DNA of 64,000 nucleotides from an uncultured Nitrospinota bacterium (GTDB lineage Bacteria; Tectomicrobia; Entotheonellia; J063; CAVPRW01): NCBI GenBank assembly GCA_963707985.1, contig CAVPRW010000035.1, positions 83,063 to 147,062 of the forward strand, read 5' to 3'. Shown piece by piece: positions 25,876 to 36,808 of this stretch (position 1 is its first letter; each line of letters starts with the position of its first letter). The notes under the pieces were generated by a model. It saw only the letters and a program-made list of their open reading frames with translations, ran no database searches and was not told where the DNA came from. The position numbers and the translations under genes were made by a program.

Positions 25876-26689
25876 GTCCATGGTCTCTGGGAGGGACTGG
25901 ACAAGACCTGCAGCGAACCGCCCGCCCTCAAACTGGCCGCCCATCCTGTGTATGTATGACAGCACACGCTCCTGCAATGCGACCTCGAGACCCGCGATCG
26001 TGACGCGTGAGGGTGTGTCGATGCCAAGGTTCTTCTACCCGGGCACGCGTCAGTGTCAAACGCGCTGCGGACGCCACGGCTCACGACGACGCCCCAACCG
26101 TTCACCACCGATGCGACGCTGGAAGCCTTCATCGTGCTGTTAGCACAGAACCCCAGGGGCAAGGAGGCGGATCGCCACGCGGGCATGAGTGGCGCCGGCA
26201 TTGTCGATCACCTCCGTCACAGCCGCTGTGCAACGCGGACAGAACGGCGTGGTTCTGGCGGTCATCCCATGGCACTCGACCGTATATGGTCACTTGCCGC
26301 GCTGAGACATGCTCAGCCACCCACGTGGATAGATGTCCACCGACCTCTGCTTACGCTCGACTCGCCCGGCACTCCAGGGTCGTCACCGGGGCCTTGGCCA
26401 TTTCAGCCAGGAACGCCTCGGCGCTGCCGTATGGCTGGTCCGGTAAGAGGCTGGCCCCCAGAGTGAAGGGGCACGGGGAGGCATAGGGGGCCAGGGGCAG
26501 CTGTTCGTGTCGCAAACGCTGTCGACAGATCTCGACCGCGACACTTTTGGGTCATGAAGACCATGGCCCATTGTTGGGCGCTTGTCTCGCGATCATACGT
26601 GAAGCCCCATGCGACTCAGCCGTACGATTGGACACCGACACGGGGACGCTCCCCCACAATCCTCGTCCATCGGGAGCCCTAGAGTCTTA

Positions 26690-27672
26690 TTTCCCCTTGA
26701 CCGTGGAGGCCAAGCTCGCCATTGCCGACGATTTGGGCCAGCCGCTTGCCAAACTCCCGGCGGACGACCGGACCTTCATCGACTAGGTCCTGGCTGAAAC
26801 GCTGAGGCAGCGTCACGTCTTCGCGCAGGTCCGCGAGCATTTTCGGCGGAAACCTTTGGGAGAGGAACATGCGGGTTGAAGTGATGCAGCATTACGGGCT
26901 CACGCAGCCACTCAGCCAGGCGGGCTATGACGAAACCTAACACCACCAGCAACTAATCAAGGACATCAAAGGTGCCATTCTTGAGGGACGACTGATCGCT
27001 GTGTGCGGCGGGATTGGGAGGGGCAAGACCGTCATCGTGCGCCGTCTACAACAGCATCTCAAGGAAGAAAATCGTGTCCTCGTCGCCAAATCGTTGGCGG
27101 TTGAAAAGTACAGCATCAAGCTGGGCATACTGATGACCGCGCTGTTCTATGACCTCTCCACTGAGGAACCGCTACGCATCCCGATCGAGGGCGAGAAACG
27201 TGAGTGGGACTTGCGTGAACTGGTCACAAAGAACAAATGCCCGGTCGCCCTCTTTATTGACGAAGCCCATGACCTCAACGACTATACGCTGACGGGCCTC
27301 AAGCGCCTGATGGAAGTCGTCGAGGATGGCGACGGGAGGTTGTCAATCGCCCTCGCCGGCAGCCAGCGCCAGTACCTCAACTGGCTGCTTGACGCCTGCA
27401 CCGAGCGCACGGTTGCAGCACAGGCCATTCTGACCGCGGACGCAATCGACCTCCCGGCCACCAAGCTCCGCACCCCGCTGCAGATTCAGCTGCACCTGAC
27501 GCTCGCGCTGGACGTCGGTGACCAGGCTGGCGAGCAGCCCATCTCCGCTGATCTGGTGGAAAGCGTCCTGTCGAAACAGCTCAAAGACCTGGTCGAACAG
27601 TTCGATGCCCGCCCGGCAGAGCTCAAGACGCTGTTCAATAACCAGCTTGATCCTACCCGCACCGCCGAATGA
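26690..27672 (+). mobile_element. Decayed transposon: transposase C-terminal remnant + ExeA-like AAA ATPase pseudogene (ATG 26869)
   Basis: EAKLAIADDLGQPLAKL tail; MRVEVMQHYGL with TAA at 26938; GGIGRGKT, LFIDEAHDL; apparent internal deletion at ~27360. Confidence 0.65.
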
Positions 27673-27974
27673 CGGGATCGGATGCTCGCGACAAGCTTAC
27701 CAATTGGTGGGCGGTGAGTGGCAGGGACTGTGGGCCTGCCACGATGGATTGGAAGCCGGCCGCATCTTCCTAGATGTGCTGGACCTCAAGTGGTCCGGAC
27801 ACGCCGTGCAGGTCTTAGGCATCAGTCAGGCGCTGTTCATCAATATACGCAACTGCCTCGGGGATTTGACCCTCAGTGAGGTGACTCACCCCACTAAAGA
27901 GAACGACGTGTTGTCCTCAGATTCAGGGGTCAGTCAGAAATTTATGCATGGGCTGAGGGTCCTCATAGTGTGGA

Positions 27975-28339
27975 GGAGCATCGAACCGCCAATCATACCT
28001 ACCTCCATGAAGGTGTGCGACTTCTCGAACTGGCCCAGCGTGCGCACGAATTGGTCCGAAGACAAGAATCTCGAGAGAAACGGCTGCTCTTAAAGTTTGT
28101 ACTTTCGAACTGTACCTGGATGGACGACGAGCTGCGGGTCACATTCCAGCAACCATTTTGATATGATTAACGTTTCGAGCGTGGTCCGTGGACACAAAAA
28201 AGCCGCCGGAAATACCTCCGACGGCCTTTTTGATGAATGGCTCTCCTTCGTGGACTCATTTCGAACGTTCTGCCTGACGCCAACACCCGAAATGATAGCT
28301 ATCTATAACGGTCTCCATGAACTGCCTTTGGTTGGGTGA
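27975..28339 (+). pseudogene. Large serine recombinase C-terminal remnant
   Basis: EKRLLLKFVLSNCTW..PFD..EWLSFVDSFRTFCLTPTPEM; tail homologous to the recombinase at 51741-53327. Confidence 0.65.
28196..28231. terminator. Bidirectional intrinsic terminator-like hairpin
   Basis: AAAAAAGCCGCCGGA-AATACC-TCCGACGGCCTTTTT. Confidence 0.55.
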
Positions 28340-28447
28340 GGTGATACTGGAGGAATGCCACTTGAGGTTTCAGGCCTCCAGGGTACGAAGCTGACCATCG
28401 TTACGTGGTCCGCTCGTAGCTGGCGCACCGTGGCCGCCCTACTCCAC
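28238..28447 (+). repeat. Direct repeat A, copy 1 (copy 2 at 53226-53435)
   Basis: Colinear 210-bp diverged match from TGGCTC..GGACTCATT..GACGCCAACACCCGA to ..TACTCCAC. Confidence 0.85.
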
Positions 28448-28879
28448 TGCCTCTATGACCTTCTTCACCGGGTCTTCCTGCAAATTGCCGCCGCCGGGAC
28501 GAGCCATCTGTAATTGCCATCTGACCGGCGGGTCTGTTGGCACGACCTCAATCCCCAGTGCGGCGACGTCCTTTTGGCTGCAATGCAAGCCGCCGTATTG
28601 GTTGACCCGAGCGAGAGTCATGGCGTTCAAGCCGGTCGGCGATGGTGCTGACAATGGGGGGGCATCACAACACTGTAGTTTCCTGTAGCCGTGCAGCGTG
28701 CAAGGCAACGTGATGCTCACCGACTTGCTGCGGCGGAAGTAGTGACTGGGGAAGTCGAGGTCGAAAATCTCCTCCGGCAGGAGGATGAAGCAGCGACTCC
28801 GTACGCCGATACTCGACGTGGTGACTGCTGCCCCGACCACCCCCGTACGCTGACACATACCAACGATAGAGAAAGTCAT
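28439..28879 (-). pseudogene. Chimera: DUF1028 N-terminus fused to a Tc-toxin TcA-like C-terminal fragment
   Basis: MTFSIVGMCQRTGVVGAAVTTSSIGVRSRC followed by FILLPEEIFDLDFPSHYFRRSKSVSITLPC. Confidence 0.6.
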
Positions 28880-28899
28880 GGGGTGTGTCTCCACAGCGT

Positions 28900-29319
28900 T
28901 CAAGCATTTGGTTTGTCCTGGACTACAGCGTCCACGTCTATCTCAACGAGAATCCAGGGACTTGCAAAACCATCCACGATCAACCCACTCCCTACCGGAA
29001 AGACTCCCTTGAGGGCCTGTCCCACCCTCTGATAGACCGGCTCCCGATAGGCGCGATCGCCAATGTAGACGCAGAGCTTACATACCTCATCCAGGCTCGA
29101 TCCGGCTTCGTCGAGGAGACGCCTGGCGTTCTGCATCGCCTGGTCGGCCTGGGCCGCCGCATCCTCCGGGGCCACCAGGCGGTGGTGGAGATCCAGGCCG
29201 GTCTGGCTACGCATGAAGAGGCGGTTGCCAGCCTTGACCACCATACACATGGCGTTATCCAAAGTCTGGTGCGGATACACGTCCCTGGTATTAAAGGGGC
29301 GCAGACGCTCATGCTGCAT
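28900..29319 (-). CDS. RidA/YjgF family protein
   Basis: HERLRPFNTRDVYP, QADQAMQN..LLDEAGSSL, LVEIDVDAV. Confidence 0.85.
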   Translation of the reverse strand: MQHERLRPFNTRDVYPHQTLDNAMCMVVKAGNRLFMRSQTGLDLHHRLVAPEDAAAQADQAMQNARRLLDEAGSSLDEVCKLCVYIGDRAYREPVYQRVGQALKGVFPVGSGLIVDGFASPWILVEIDVDAVVQDKPNA

Positions 29320-29346
29320 ACGTCAGATTCCTGTGGTGTTATGGTT

Positions 29347-29808
29347 TTACGCGATCTCCCGGATGGCCTGCTCGCAATACCACTGTATGGCACCACTAAG
29401 CGGGGGGGACAGTGCCCGCAGCTCCTCGCAGGTGCACCACCGGATGGCGTGGTGTTCTGTGGTAGCGAGTTGCAGGGTAGCGGAGGCATCGCGCGGCCGC
29501 GCAAAATAGATCATGCCGATATGCTCATGCGTGGCGCTGATCCGGTGGATATCGAGAAACCGGGGTGCGAGCAGCGCACGGGTACCCGGTTCCGTCGTAG
29601 GCGGCCGTTCGCCGAGCAATTCAACGTCAAGACCGCTTTCTTCGCGCGCTTCACGCAGCGCGGCCTGTTCCGGGTCCTCGTCGAGCTCGATATGGCCACC
29701 GAGCGGCAGCCACTTGCCCAGTGCCCGATGATGGACGAGCAAGACTTTCGCCTGCTGGACCACAAAGATCGCGACGGTGAAATCGATCTTGTCGTGAATA
29801 TGCGGCAT
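29347..29808 (-). CDS. NUDIX hydrolase
   Basis: Nudix box GGHIELDEDPEQAALREAREESG. Confidence 0.9.
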   Translation of the reverse strand: MPHIHDKIDFTVAIFVVQQAKVLLVHHRALGKWLPLGGHIELDEDPEQAALREAREESGLDVELLGERPPTTEPGTRALLAPRFLDIHRISATHEHIGMIYFARPRDASATLQLATTEHHAIRWCTCEELRALSPPLSGAIQWYCEQAIREIA

Positions 29809-30098
29809 CGTGTGTCCCCTTGCGCAACATGGGGCGGTCGAGCAGCGACGCGCCATGAGAGCCTTGGATCATGACACAACAAGTATCACGCAGGGGTCTG
29901 GCGCAGTACAAGTGATTTCTTTGCTGGCTTATGCCACCATCGTCAATCGTATTAAGACCTCTTCTCACCCGAGCGGGTCGTGTCCCTGCATCTTGCGGAA
30001 AATGCTCCTGCCTCACAGGAAGCTGGTTGCGAGTTTGAGACACTGCAGAACGCTTGCAGGTTCATCGCCCCCAATCCGCGGCTCGCTCGTGACATCCA

Positions 30099-30765
30099 TG
30101 TCTAAAGGTGCGTTGGCGTTTTTTGACCCTACGATGTGTTACCCTTCATCTTCGCCCGGATGCTGCAACCGCTGGCACTACGCACGGTGGTTTGACCTTT
30201 TGTGATTTGTGATGAAAAGGAGACCAGCCATGGCAATCAACCCACTTACCAAGCGTCCGCAGCCACCAGGCGGCGTTCCGCACCGCGCGATGGTCTTTTG
30301 GTCTGGTGCCGTCGGCAGCGCAGATCCGCTCGACACGGACTCCGCGGTCAACAGTCTCATCAGCTTTCTCGACGAGTTGAACGTCGGATGTAACACGATT
30401 TTCTTAGACGTCTGGCGCTATCTTGGCGGGTCGAATTGGACGAACGCGTTTCGCGATCGTCTGTACGCCGTGCTCGACGGGCTCAAGCGATCTGGCTGCC
30501 GCATCTACGTACTCGCCGGCAACGTGGACTGGGGTGTGAGGCACGAGTGGGTGAGGACAACATCGTCGAGCCAGTGCTCGCGTTCAACGCGATCGCCACG
30601 TCACCCAGCCAGCAGTTCGACGGGATCATTCTCGACATGAAGTATTGGGCGGACGAGACGAACTCCCCAGTGTCGACTAACTGTCCAGGGCTGTGTGACC
30701 TCGTCAAAGCGATCAAAGCACGCGCGCCGCAGTTGGGTGTAGGGCTCTTCTTGGCTTTCTTCCTG
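30099..30765 (+). repeat. Direct repeat B, copy 1 (copy 2 at 53629-54296); contains a truncated, frameshifted copy of the 53760 gene
   Basis: Near-identical sequence from TGTCTAAAGGTGCG to GCTTTCTTCCTG; ATG at 30230. Confidence 0.9.
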
Positions 30766-31102
30766 CAAAACCCTGTTGAGAAACGGGCTTATAAACAACG
30801 TTCGAAAGGCAGAGACACCCAGTCCATGGTTCTGGTGATATGCCCTCCCATGGCGTTCGAGATTGACGCCGCGACTGACCCAACAGAGTCTGTGGTGACG
30901 AGGGCTGTCACACCATACGACTGCTCAACACGTTGACAAAGCCTCCCGCGAAGCCGCATGAATATTTTGACTATACGAGATCAGACCTTTGTGTCGCAGA
31001 TCACCGGTCATGCTTACACCAGACCCCCGCCGTGCGGCGCGCAGGCGGGTCATGCCCTGCGCACCACGACACCTGCGGCCCCAGCCACCATACGCGTGGA
31101 GC

Positions 31103-31807
31103 TTATCGCACAATTTCCACAGGCACGTCCGCGATGACCTCATCACCCGAGAAAATCTGCACGCTGGCATAGTCCGCATTGACCTTCTCGTAGTGCGCAC
31201 GTTTCCAGACCACCAGGTGTGGCCACAGACCCGACCGCTGGACCAGGATGAGGTTGAGCAGCAGGATTTTGGGGTTGATGCCCTGCGGCGTGCGCGGGAC
31301 GAGCAGCACCTCCACGCCGGGGTTGGGCACTTGCACCTCGCCGACCACATGAAACGTGGAAGGCTTAGGCGGCATCATGTTGATCCACGCATACCAATCG
31401 CGGGTCGCGGGCACCGCTCGCAACACCCCTGCGGGCCGTTCGGCTGTTTCCGGCCACGTGCCGAGCTCGCACTCCTCGAGTGCCACACTCAACTCCCCCA
31501 GGCGGATGCAGACCACCCGATTGAACAGCGGAACGGTGTGCACGATGGCCGCCACATGCGCGCCCGACGCCGCCTCCGCTTGGATGGTACTGCCCGCCAC
31601 GGACAACTCCCCCGAAGCCACCGGCAGCCCGTTGACCACGAGCATGCCGACCGCGCCCGTGTTGGGACATAAACTCGTGTGCACGGTCCTGAGCACGATG
31701 ATCTTAGAGATCGCACCCCCCACCGTGTGCGACAGGAACGAAGACGCTCCGGATTCTCCGACCCCCCCTTTGGCCACGACTTTGCACGCGTCTGCATCGG
31801 TATCCAT
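31103..31807 (-). CDS. Hypothetical protein
   Basis: 234-aa ORF with RBS GAGGAG; C-term RDWYAWINMMPP..HVVGEVQVPNPG..PQGINPKILLL domain. Confidence 0.65.
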   Translation of the reverse strand: MDTDADACKVVAKGGVGESGASSFLSHTVGGAISKIIVLRTVHTSLCPNTGAVGMLVVNGLPVASGELSVAGSTIQAEAASGAHVAAIVHTVPLFNRVVCIRLGELSVALEECELGTWPETAERPAGVLRAVPATRDWYAWINMMPPKPSTFHVVGEVQVPNPGVEVLLVPRTPQGINPKILLLNLILVQRSGLWPHLVVWKRAHYEKVNADYASVQIFSGDEVIADVPVEIVR

Positions 31808-32218
31808 CGGTTCCTCTCCTCTGCATGAAACGATTCAAGGCGCAGACAGGAGTTGGGCATCTCCTGCCATACCATGGCTGGCCAGCTCGGCACACCTACC
31901 CTGCCGATTCAGCACGTGGTGAGGCTGAGAGCCGCCCTGCCCGCATGACTCGCATCTTACGACCACCGCAGGGCCCGCCCGCGGCAGCGCTCTCATCGCA
32001 GGACATTGACCGCCTCGTCGCGGAGACGTGGGCGCAGCGGCCTCGACCGCCACAGCTGCGCGATCAGAGCGGGCGCCCCAGGCGTGGGGCGCCGCTGAGC
32101 CGAACCTGACGGGCCTCCCCATGGGTCCGCTGTCGAGATGTTGGTCCGTGCGAGACACCACAGCCGTTCGGGTGAGCCCGCCACCGGCTTATGGGGATGG
32201 GCTCACCCACGACCGGCG

Positions 32219-32755
32219 TCACGGCTGGTACGTCCCCTTGCCGGGCATGGCGATCTCAAGGTCCAGCGAATCCACGGTCAGATGGGCCCCTCCGGAGCTA
32301 TTGGTGTCGGTGTCGTGTTCGACGAGCAGGACCAGGGTGATCTGGCACACCGGCTCGGCCGCATGGGTCTGGACGGTGAACTCGACCGTTTCATGGTAAT
32401 CGCCCTCTTCCGCGTGCTTGAGATCCACCACCGTCGTGCTGTCCCCCGCGCACACGACCAGCCGCCCGGCTGCTCCGGCCTCGGCCTGGACGAACCCGCG
32501 GAGGTTCATGACCATCGACACACTCCGCAGGTCCGTGGCGTACGGCATGTGGAGGGTGACGACCTTCGTCTGGATGGCCGTCTGGTTGGATAGTACTCCG
32601 GCCCGACTCCGCCGGGCCGGTTCGAGGCTGACCATAGCGTTGGAAAAGATGATGGTCACCGCCTGCCCGTCGGGTGAGATGTCGGTGGTGAAGTCGAGGT
32701 TCGAGGGAACGCGGATGCCCTTGGAGAATGTTGGTGCGTGACTGCACTTGTCCAT
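32219..32755 (-). CDS. Hypothetical protein
   Basis: 178-aa ORF with RBS and a downstream GGGTGAGCCC..GGGCTCACCC hairpin. Confidence 0.6.
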   Translation of the reverse strand: MDKCSHAPTFSKGIRVPSNLDFTTDISPDGQAVTIIFSNAMVSLEPARRSRAGVLSNQTAIQTKVVTLHMPYATDLRSVSMVMNLRGFVQAEAGAAGRLVVCAGDSTTVVDLKHAEEGDYHETVEFTVQTHAAEPVCQITLVLLVEHDTDTNSSGGAHLTVDSLDLEIAMPGKGTYQP

Positions 32756-33465
32756 GGTGCCCTCTTTCGTATAACAGGAGTGGTCACAGGCCCTAGCCTA
32801 ACGACACGGCTGGGGCGTGGTGCGGGCTCCTCACCAGCGGTGGGCGTCCCGCCCACCATATCCCAGACCTTGATGGAGCCAGCCTGGATGCCGGGCGCCC
32901 GGGTCTAGACGTGTCCGGCCACCGGGGGGTTGCTCTCGTGCCTCACCACATGGGAAGCGATCGGCGTGAGCCTTCCCACGGCAGCGATCCACGACCACCC
33001 GCTCTTGATGAGGCGAGCGGTGGGCCTTCACGACCGGCCTGCCTACAGAGAGCAAAAGCGATGCCAGCAGCGCCCGACCAGGGCTATCTCTGACGAGCGG
33101 GGCGCCAGGACCCTTCCTCGGCGTGGCTCACCAGGGGCGCAGCGCTGGCTAAGATTGCACACCGGGCTCCTCGTTGGCGGGAGTGAGGAAGGCAACCGAT
33201 TGAGAAAGGCAGGCATAATGGTGACTGTGCACCCTTAGACAGGGGAGTGTCATTCTCCACACCCCCATCGAGCGTGTGCGGCCGGGTCGGACCTGTGTGA
33301 GACACCTAGGCCGGCCGCGTAGGGGTGCTGAGCTTGAATCTGACGCTCCCGTGGAAAGGCAATTATGATGAGGCGGCTATACCTCCGCGCGGTAGGCGTG
33401 AATGATAGAAATTGATGAAGTTTCTGAGCAGGTTTGAAGTAGTATACCCCATGAGAGTGGTTCAC

Positions 33466-33509
33466 GGACTGACCCAACAGAGTCACGACTGACTCTGTTG
33501 GGTCAGTCC
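33466..33509. repeat. Perfect 20-bp inverted repeat with 4-nt loop
   Basis: GGACTGACCCAACAGAGTCA-CGAC-TGACTCTGTTGGGTCAGTCC; 18-bp half-site recurs at 30873-30890. Confidence 0.85.
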
Positions 33510-33599
33510 TCCCTTCACAGAGCATCGTCTGGCGTGACAACGGATGGGGTGAAAGCCGGGCAAAGTGGCTAGGCGGCCGCCGGCGCTCGCAATTGACCT

Positions 33600-33880
33600 G
33601 ATTATGGCCTGCACCAGCCGCACCCATGCCTTCCGCCAGCAGGAAGGGTGCCCTCCGGTGGCCGCCAACCCACAGCTCACCGCCACGGCGCAAGACTTTG
33701 CCACCTTCATGGCTCGTACCGGCAAGTTCAGCCACACTGCCGACGGCCAGACGCCGGCGGTCCGGGCGAAGGCGCACGCCTATGCCCCGTGCCTGATCGC
33801 CGAGAACATGGCCTCTCAGCACCACCCCGCCGGCTTCACCACGGAGGCGCTGGCTGAGGGATTCTTCTGGCCGGGGACGG
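33600..33880 (+). pseudogene. CAP (SCP-like) domain fragment
   Basis: FRQQEG..NPQLTATAQDFATFMARTGKFSHTADG..AENMA; C-terminal motif missing. Confidence 0.6.
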
Positions 33881-34257
33881 CAGGAGCCGACGACGGCCCA
33901 TCCGAACCACGAGGATCGGTACACCATTGTGCGGGGGGACGCTGGAGCCTTCCAGTTAAAGCCGGGATGAGCCATATGCATCGGGGCGCTCACCTGCGGC
34001 GAGTGACCGGGAAGGATGATCAGCGGGAGATGCCGGCCACCTTCCTTAGATCGCCTGGCCGTTCAAGACCTCTCTCGACGCCGTCACTCGGACGTGCGGC
34101 ACCTCCACAATACGCCGCTAGCTGAGGAACATCCCTCTGATGTCCGGTTTCTTCTCAATGGCCCGCTCCAGAGGTTCATACGAGCAGGCTGGGGGCTTGC
34201 CCTACAGACGTCACAGTGCCGCTGTCGTACGATTGAGCACACTACGGCGCGACGCCA

Positions 34258-36595
34258 CTACACGGACAGCGGGCCGAAGGCCGGCGGCGGCACGCGGCGC
34301 TGCGAGGCGGCTTCATAGGCCGAGGCGATCTTCAGGAGGACATCTTCCTGGCCCGGCTCGGCTCGGAACACCAGGGAAAAGGGCAACCCGGGCGCCGGAA
34401 TGGTGGTCGGCGTGTCGGAGGCGACCGACACGTAGCGGGTGCCGTCCGGACTGAGCGCGAAGACGCGGATCGTAGACGGTCGTGACATAGCCCGCCGGGA
34501 TCAGCACCTCCGTCAGGCCCGCGTTCGGGCCGTTGAACGACTCCAGGCGCAGATTGCTCGGCATGCCCGATTGCGGGCGCGCCGCCGATCTTGGCCGGCG
34601 GCAACGGTGTATGCAGGCGGACCAGGGCGTCGAGACGATTCTCCAGGAGCACCATCATGTCCACCCGGCGCAGCAGTTCGCGCAGCATGATGCGCTCGTT
34701 GACACCCTGCCGCTGGCCGAGCGGATTGCGCGGGTCGGTCACCTCTTCCCAATTCTTGAAGGCGGCACGCTGATCGTCGCCCCAGAATTTGGAACGCGCG
34801 TTGAGCGTGGGAAAATCGACGAGCGTTTCGGTGTATCCCCGCGCCTGCCAGTCCGCGGCGCGGCGCGTCAGGTATTGCGGGATATGGAACCTGAACGCCA
34901 TCGCCAGCTCCTGCTGCTGGATGGTGGCGATATCGAGGTTCGCAGGCGGTGCGATCCGTCCTTCCGCCAGCTCGACGCAATAGTCGATCGGCTGCATGGT
35001 GCCCGTGCCGAAGATCTTGCCGGGCATGAACTCGGTCGGCACGATCGCTGCCGCGAACTCCTGGAAGACGGGGCTGACCGTCCGGCCCCAGCCGGAACAG
35101 CAGCTCGGGCATGAAGACCGGCACCAGCCTGGCCAGGGCGCGCCGGAAATCGGTCTGCATGGTCTCGATATCGGGATCCTGGCTGCCACAGGGGATCGGA
35201 CGATTCCACCAGCGTCGCCCCCAGCCTGTCGCCGAGGATCGTCTTGATCTCCTGGGCGGCCGCGGTGACGATCGGCTGCTTCGGTCTTCGAGCCCGGAGG
35301 TACACCATGGACTCCCGGATGATCCCGAGGCGCATGCCCTTGAGCGCGCCGGGTGCGCCCGGACATCTGTCGCGTGGCTCGCGTATGGCGTGCTCAACAC
35401 TGACGAGCGCGGCACGGTCGTGAAGGGATCGCGCGGATCGTAATAGCCTTCGACCGGGTCCTTCAGGGCGTCGAGGACTTTGGCGCAGTCGGCGATCGTG
35501 CGGCAGAGGATGCCGCTGCGATCGCAGTAGATGTCCGCGCCGATGGCGCCGCCGTTGAAGCCGAGCAGCGACTTGTGCGGCAGGATCAGCGCCACGGCAT
35601 TGTGGTTGGCCGGTCCGCGGCAGGAGGCCCGCGTTTCCTCGCCGAGGCTGGCCATCACCAGATTGGTGCTGACCGACACCGCCGAGCCCGAACTCGAGCC
35701 GAGCGAGGCCGCGCGTGTCGTGTCGTAGGGGTTGGCGGGATTGCCGCCCCAGGTGCTGCGCTGATAGCCGAGCGTCGACGGCAGCACCTTGCTCGGGTGT
35801 GTGGCGGCCGCCCGGATCGCCGGCCCGGCCGTTGTATTCCGTGTTGACGGCCTTGGCGAAGATGATCGCGCCCTTGTTCCGGAGCTGTTCGACCAGCACG
35901 TGATCGCGCGCCGGGAAATCGATGTCGTAGCGCGCGTCACCGCCGCCGGTGGAGCGCATGTCCTTCGTGTCGAACGGATCCTTGAACGAGAAGACGACGC
36001 CATACATCGGCATCTTTTCGAGATCGGGATGGCGTCCATACGTCGCGTCGAGCTCGGCGGCACGCTCCAGCGCGTCGGGCAGCTGGCGAAACGTCTCGCA
36101 GACGGGGGGTGCGCCGGGGGGCAGCGGTCCCTCGGACGGATGCCGGTCGAAATCGCCCCGGCAGGTGACGGAACGCTCGCCCCGGATGTTGAGGGTGGCG
36201 AGCGCATTCACCTGGCCGGCATGCGGCATGCCGACGATCATCCCGAACTGCTGCTGCACGGCAGGATCGGAAGCCGTCGCCTCCATGCGGCCGAATTCGA
36301 GGGGCGGCCCCGTGTACTGGTCGAGATCGGGCAGGATCGTGGACGCCTTGACGGTGGCGGTCGGGAAGCGCAGCGGCGCCTGCGCGCGCACGGCGCCCGT
36401 CGCTTCGGAGATCGGGGCGCCGTCTGCGGTGACGAGCACGCTGGCGACCCCGTTATAGGCGCGTGCGCGGTCGATATAGTGCTGCACGATCGCGACGCAG
36501 GTGGTCTGCCCCGACGTGATCGCCGCGTGCAACTCCTCGATCGTCGCCTCTTCGAGACGAAACGGCTTCTCGTGTGCACTGAGCTGCGCGGTCAT
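34258..36595 (-). CDS. Amidase-signature family protein (frameshifted)
   Basis: LEEATIEELH, GVVFSFKDPFDT, NPYD..GSSSGS, GEETRASCRGPA, LLKIASAYEAASQRRVPP. Confidence 0.85.
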
Positions 36596-36808
36596 TCCGT
36601 CGCTCCCTTTGTGTCGGTTCACGCTGCGGTGATTATGGAAGCGGACTCTCACCGAACAGTCCGCTGCGAAGGTGCGTGGAGCCCGTCGGCTGCACGCCGC
36701 ACGGGCGTTAACACCATGCTGACGCGGCTTGGACAGAATCGGCCACCACGGCGTCGCGTGAGCTGCCCAAGCGCCCCACATTTCACTGCACGCCCCTAAG
36801 GCCGCACG

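Noticed and set aside
28238..28320. Complete tRNA gene on the minus strand (also 53226-53300)
   Set aside because: Only the 3' ~20 nt resemble a tRNA; no D-arm, anticodon arm or matching 5' acceptor strand
32760..32830. Integron cassette boundary (GTTAGGC upstream of a gene)
   Set aside because: No complementary attC structure at the gene end and no integron integrase
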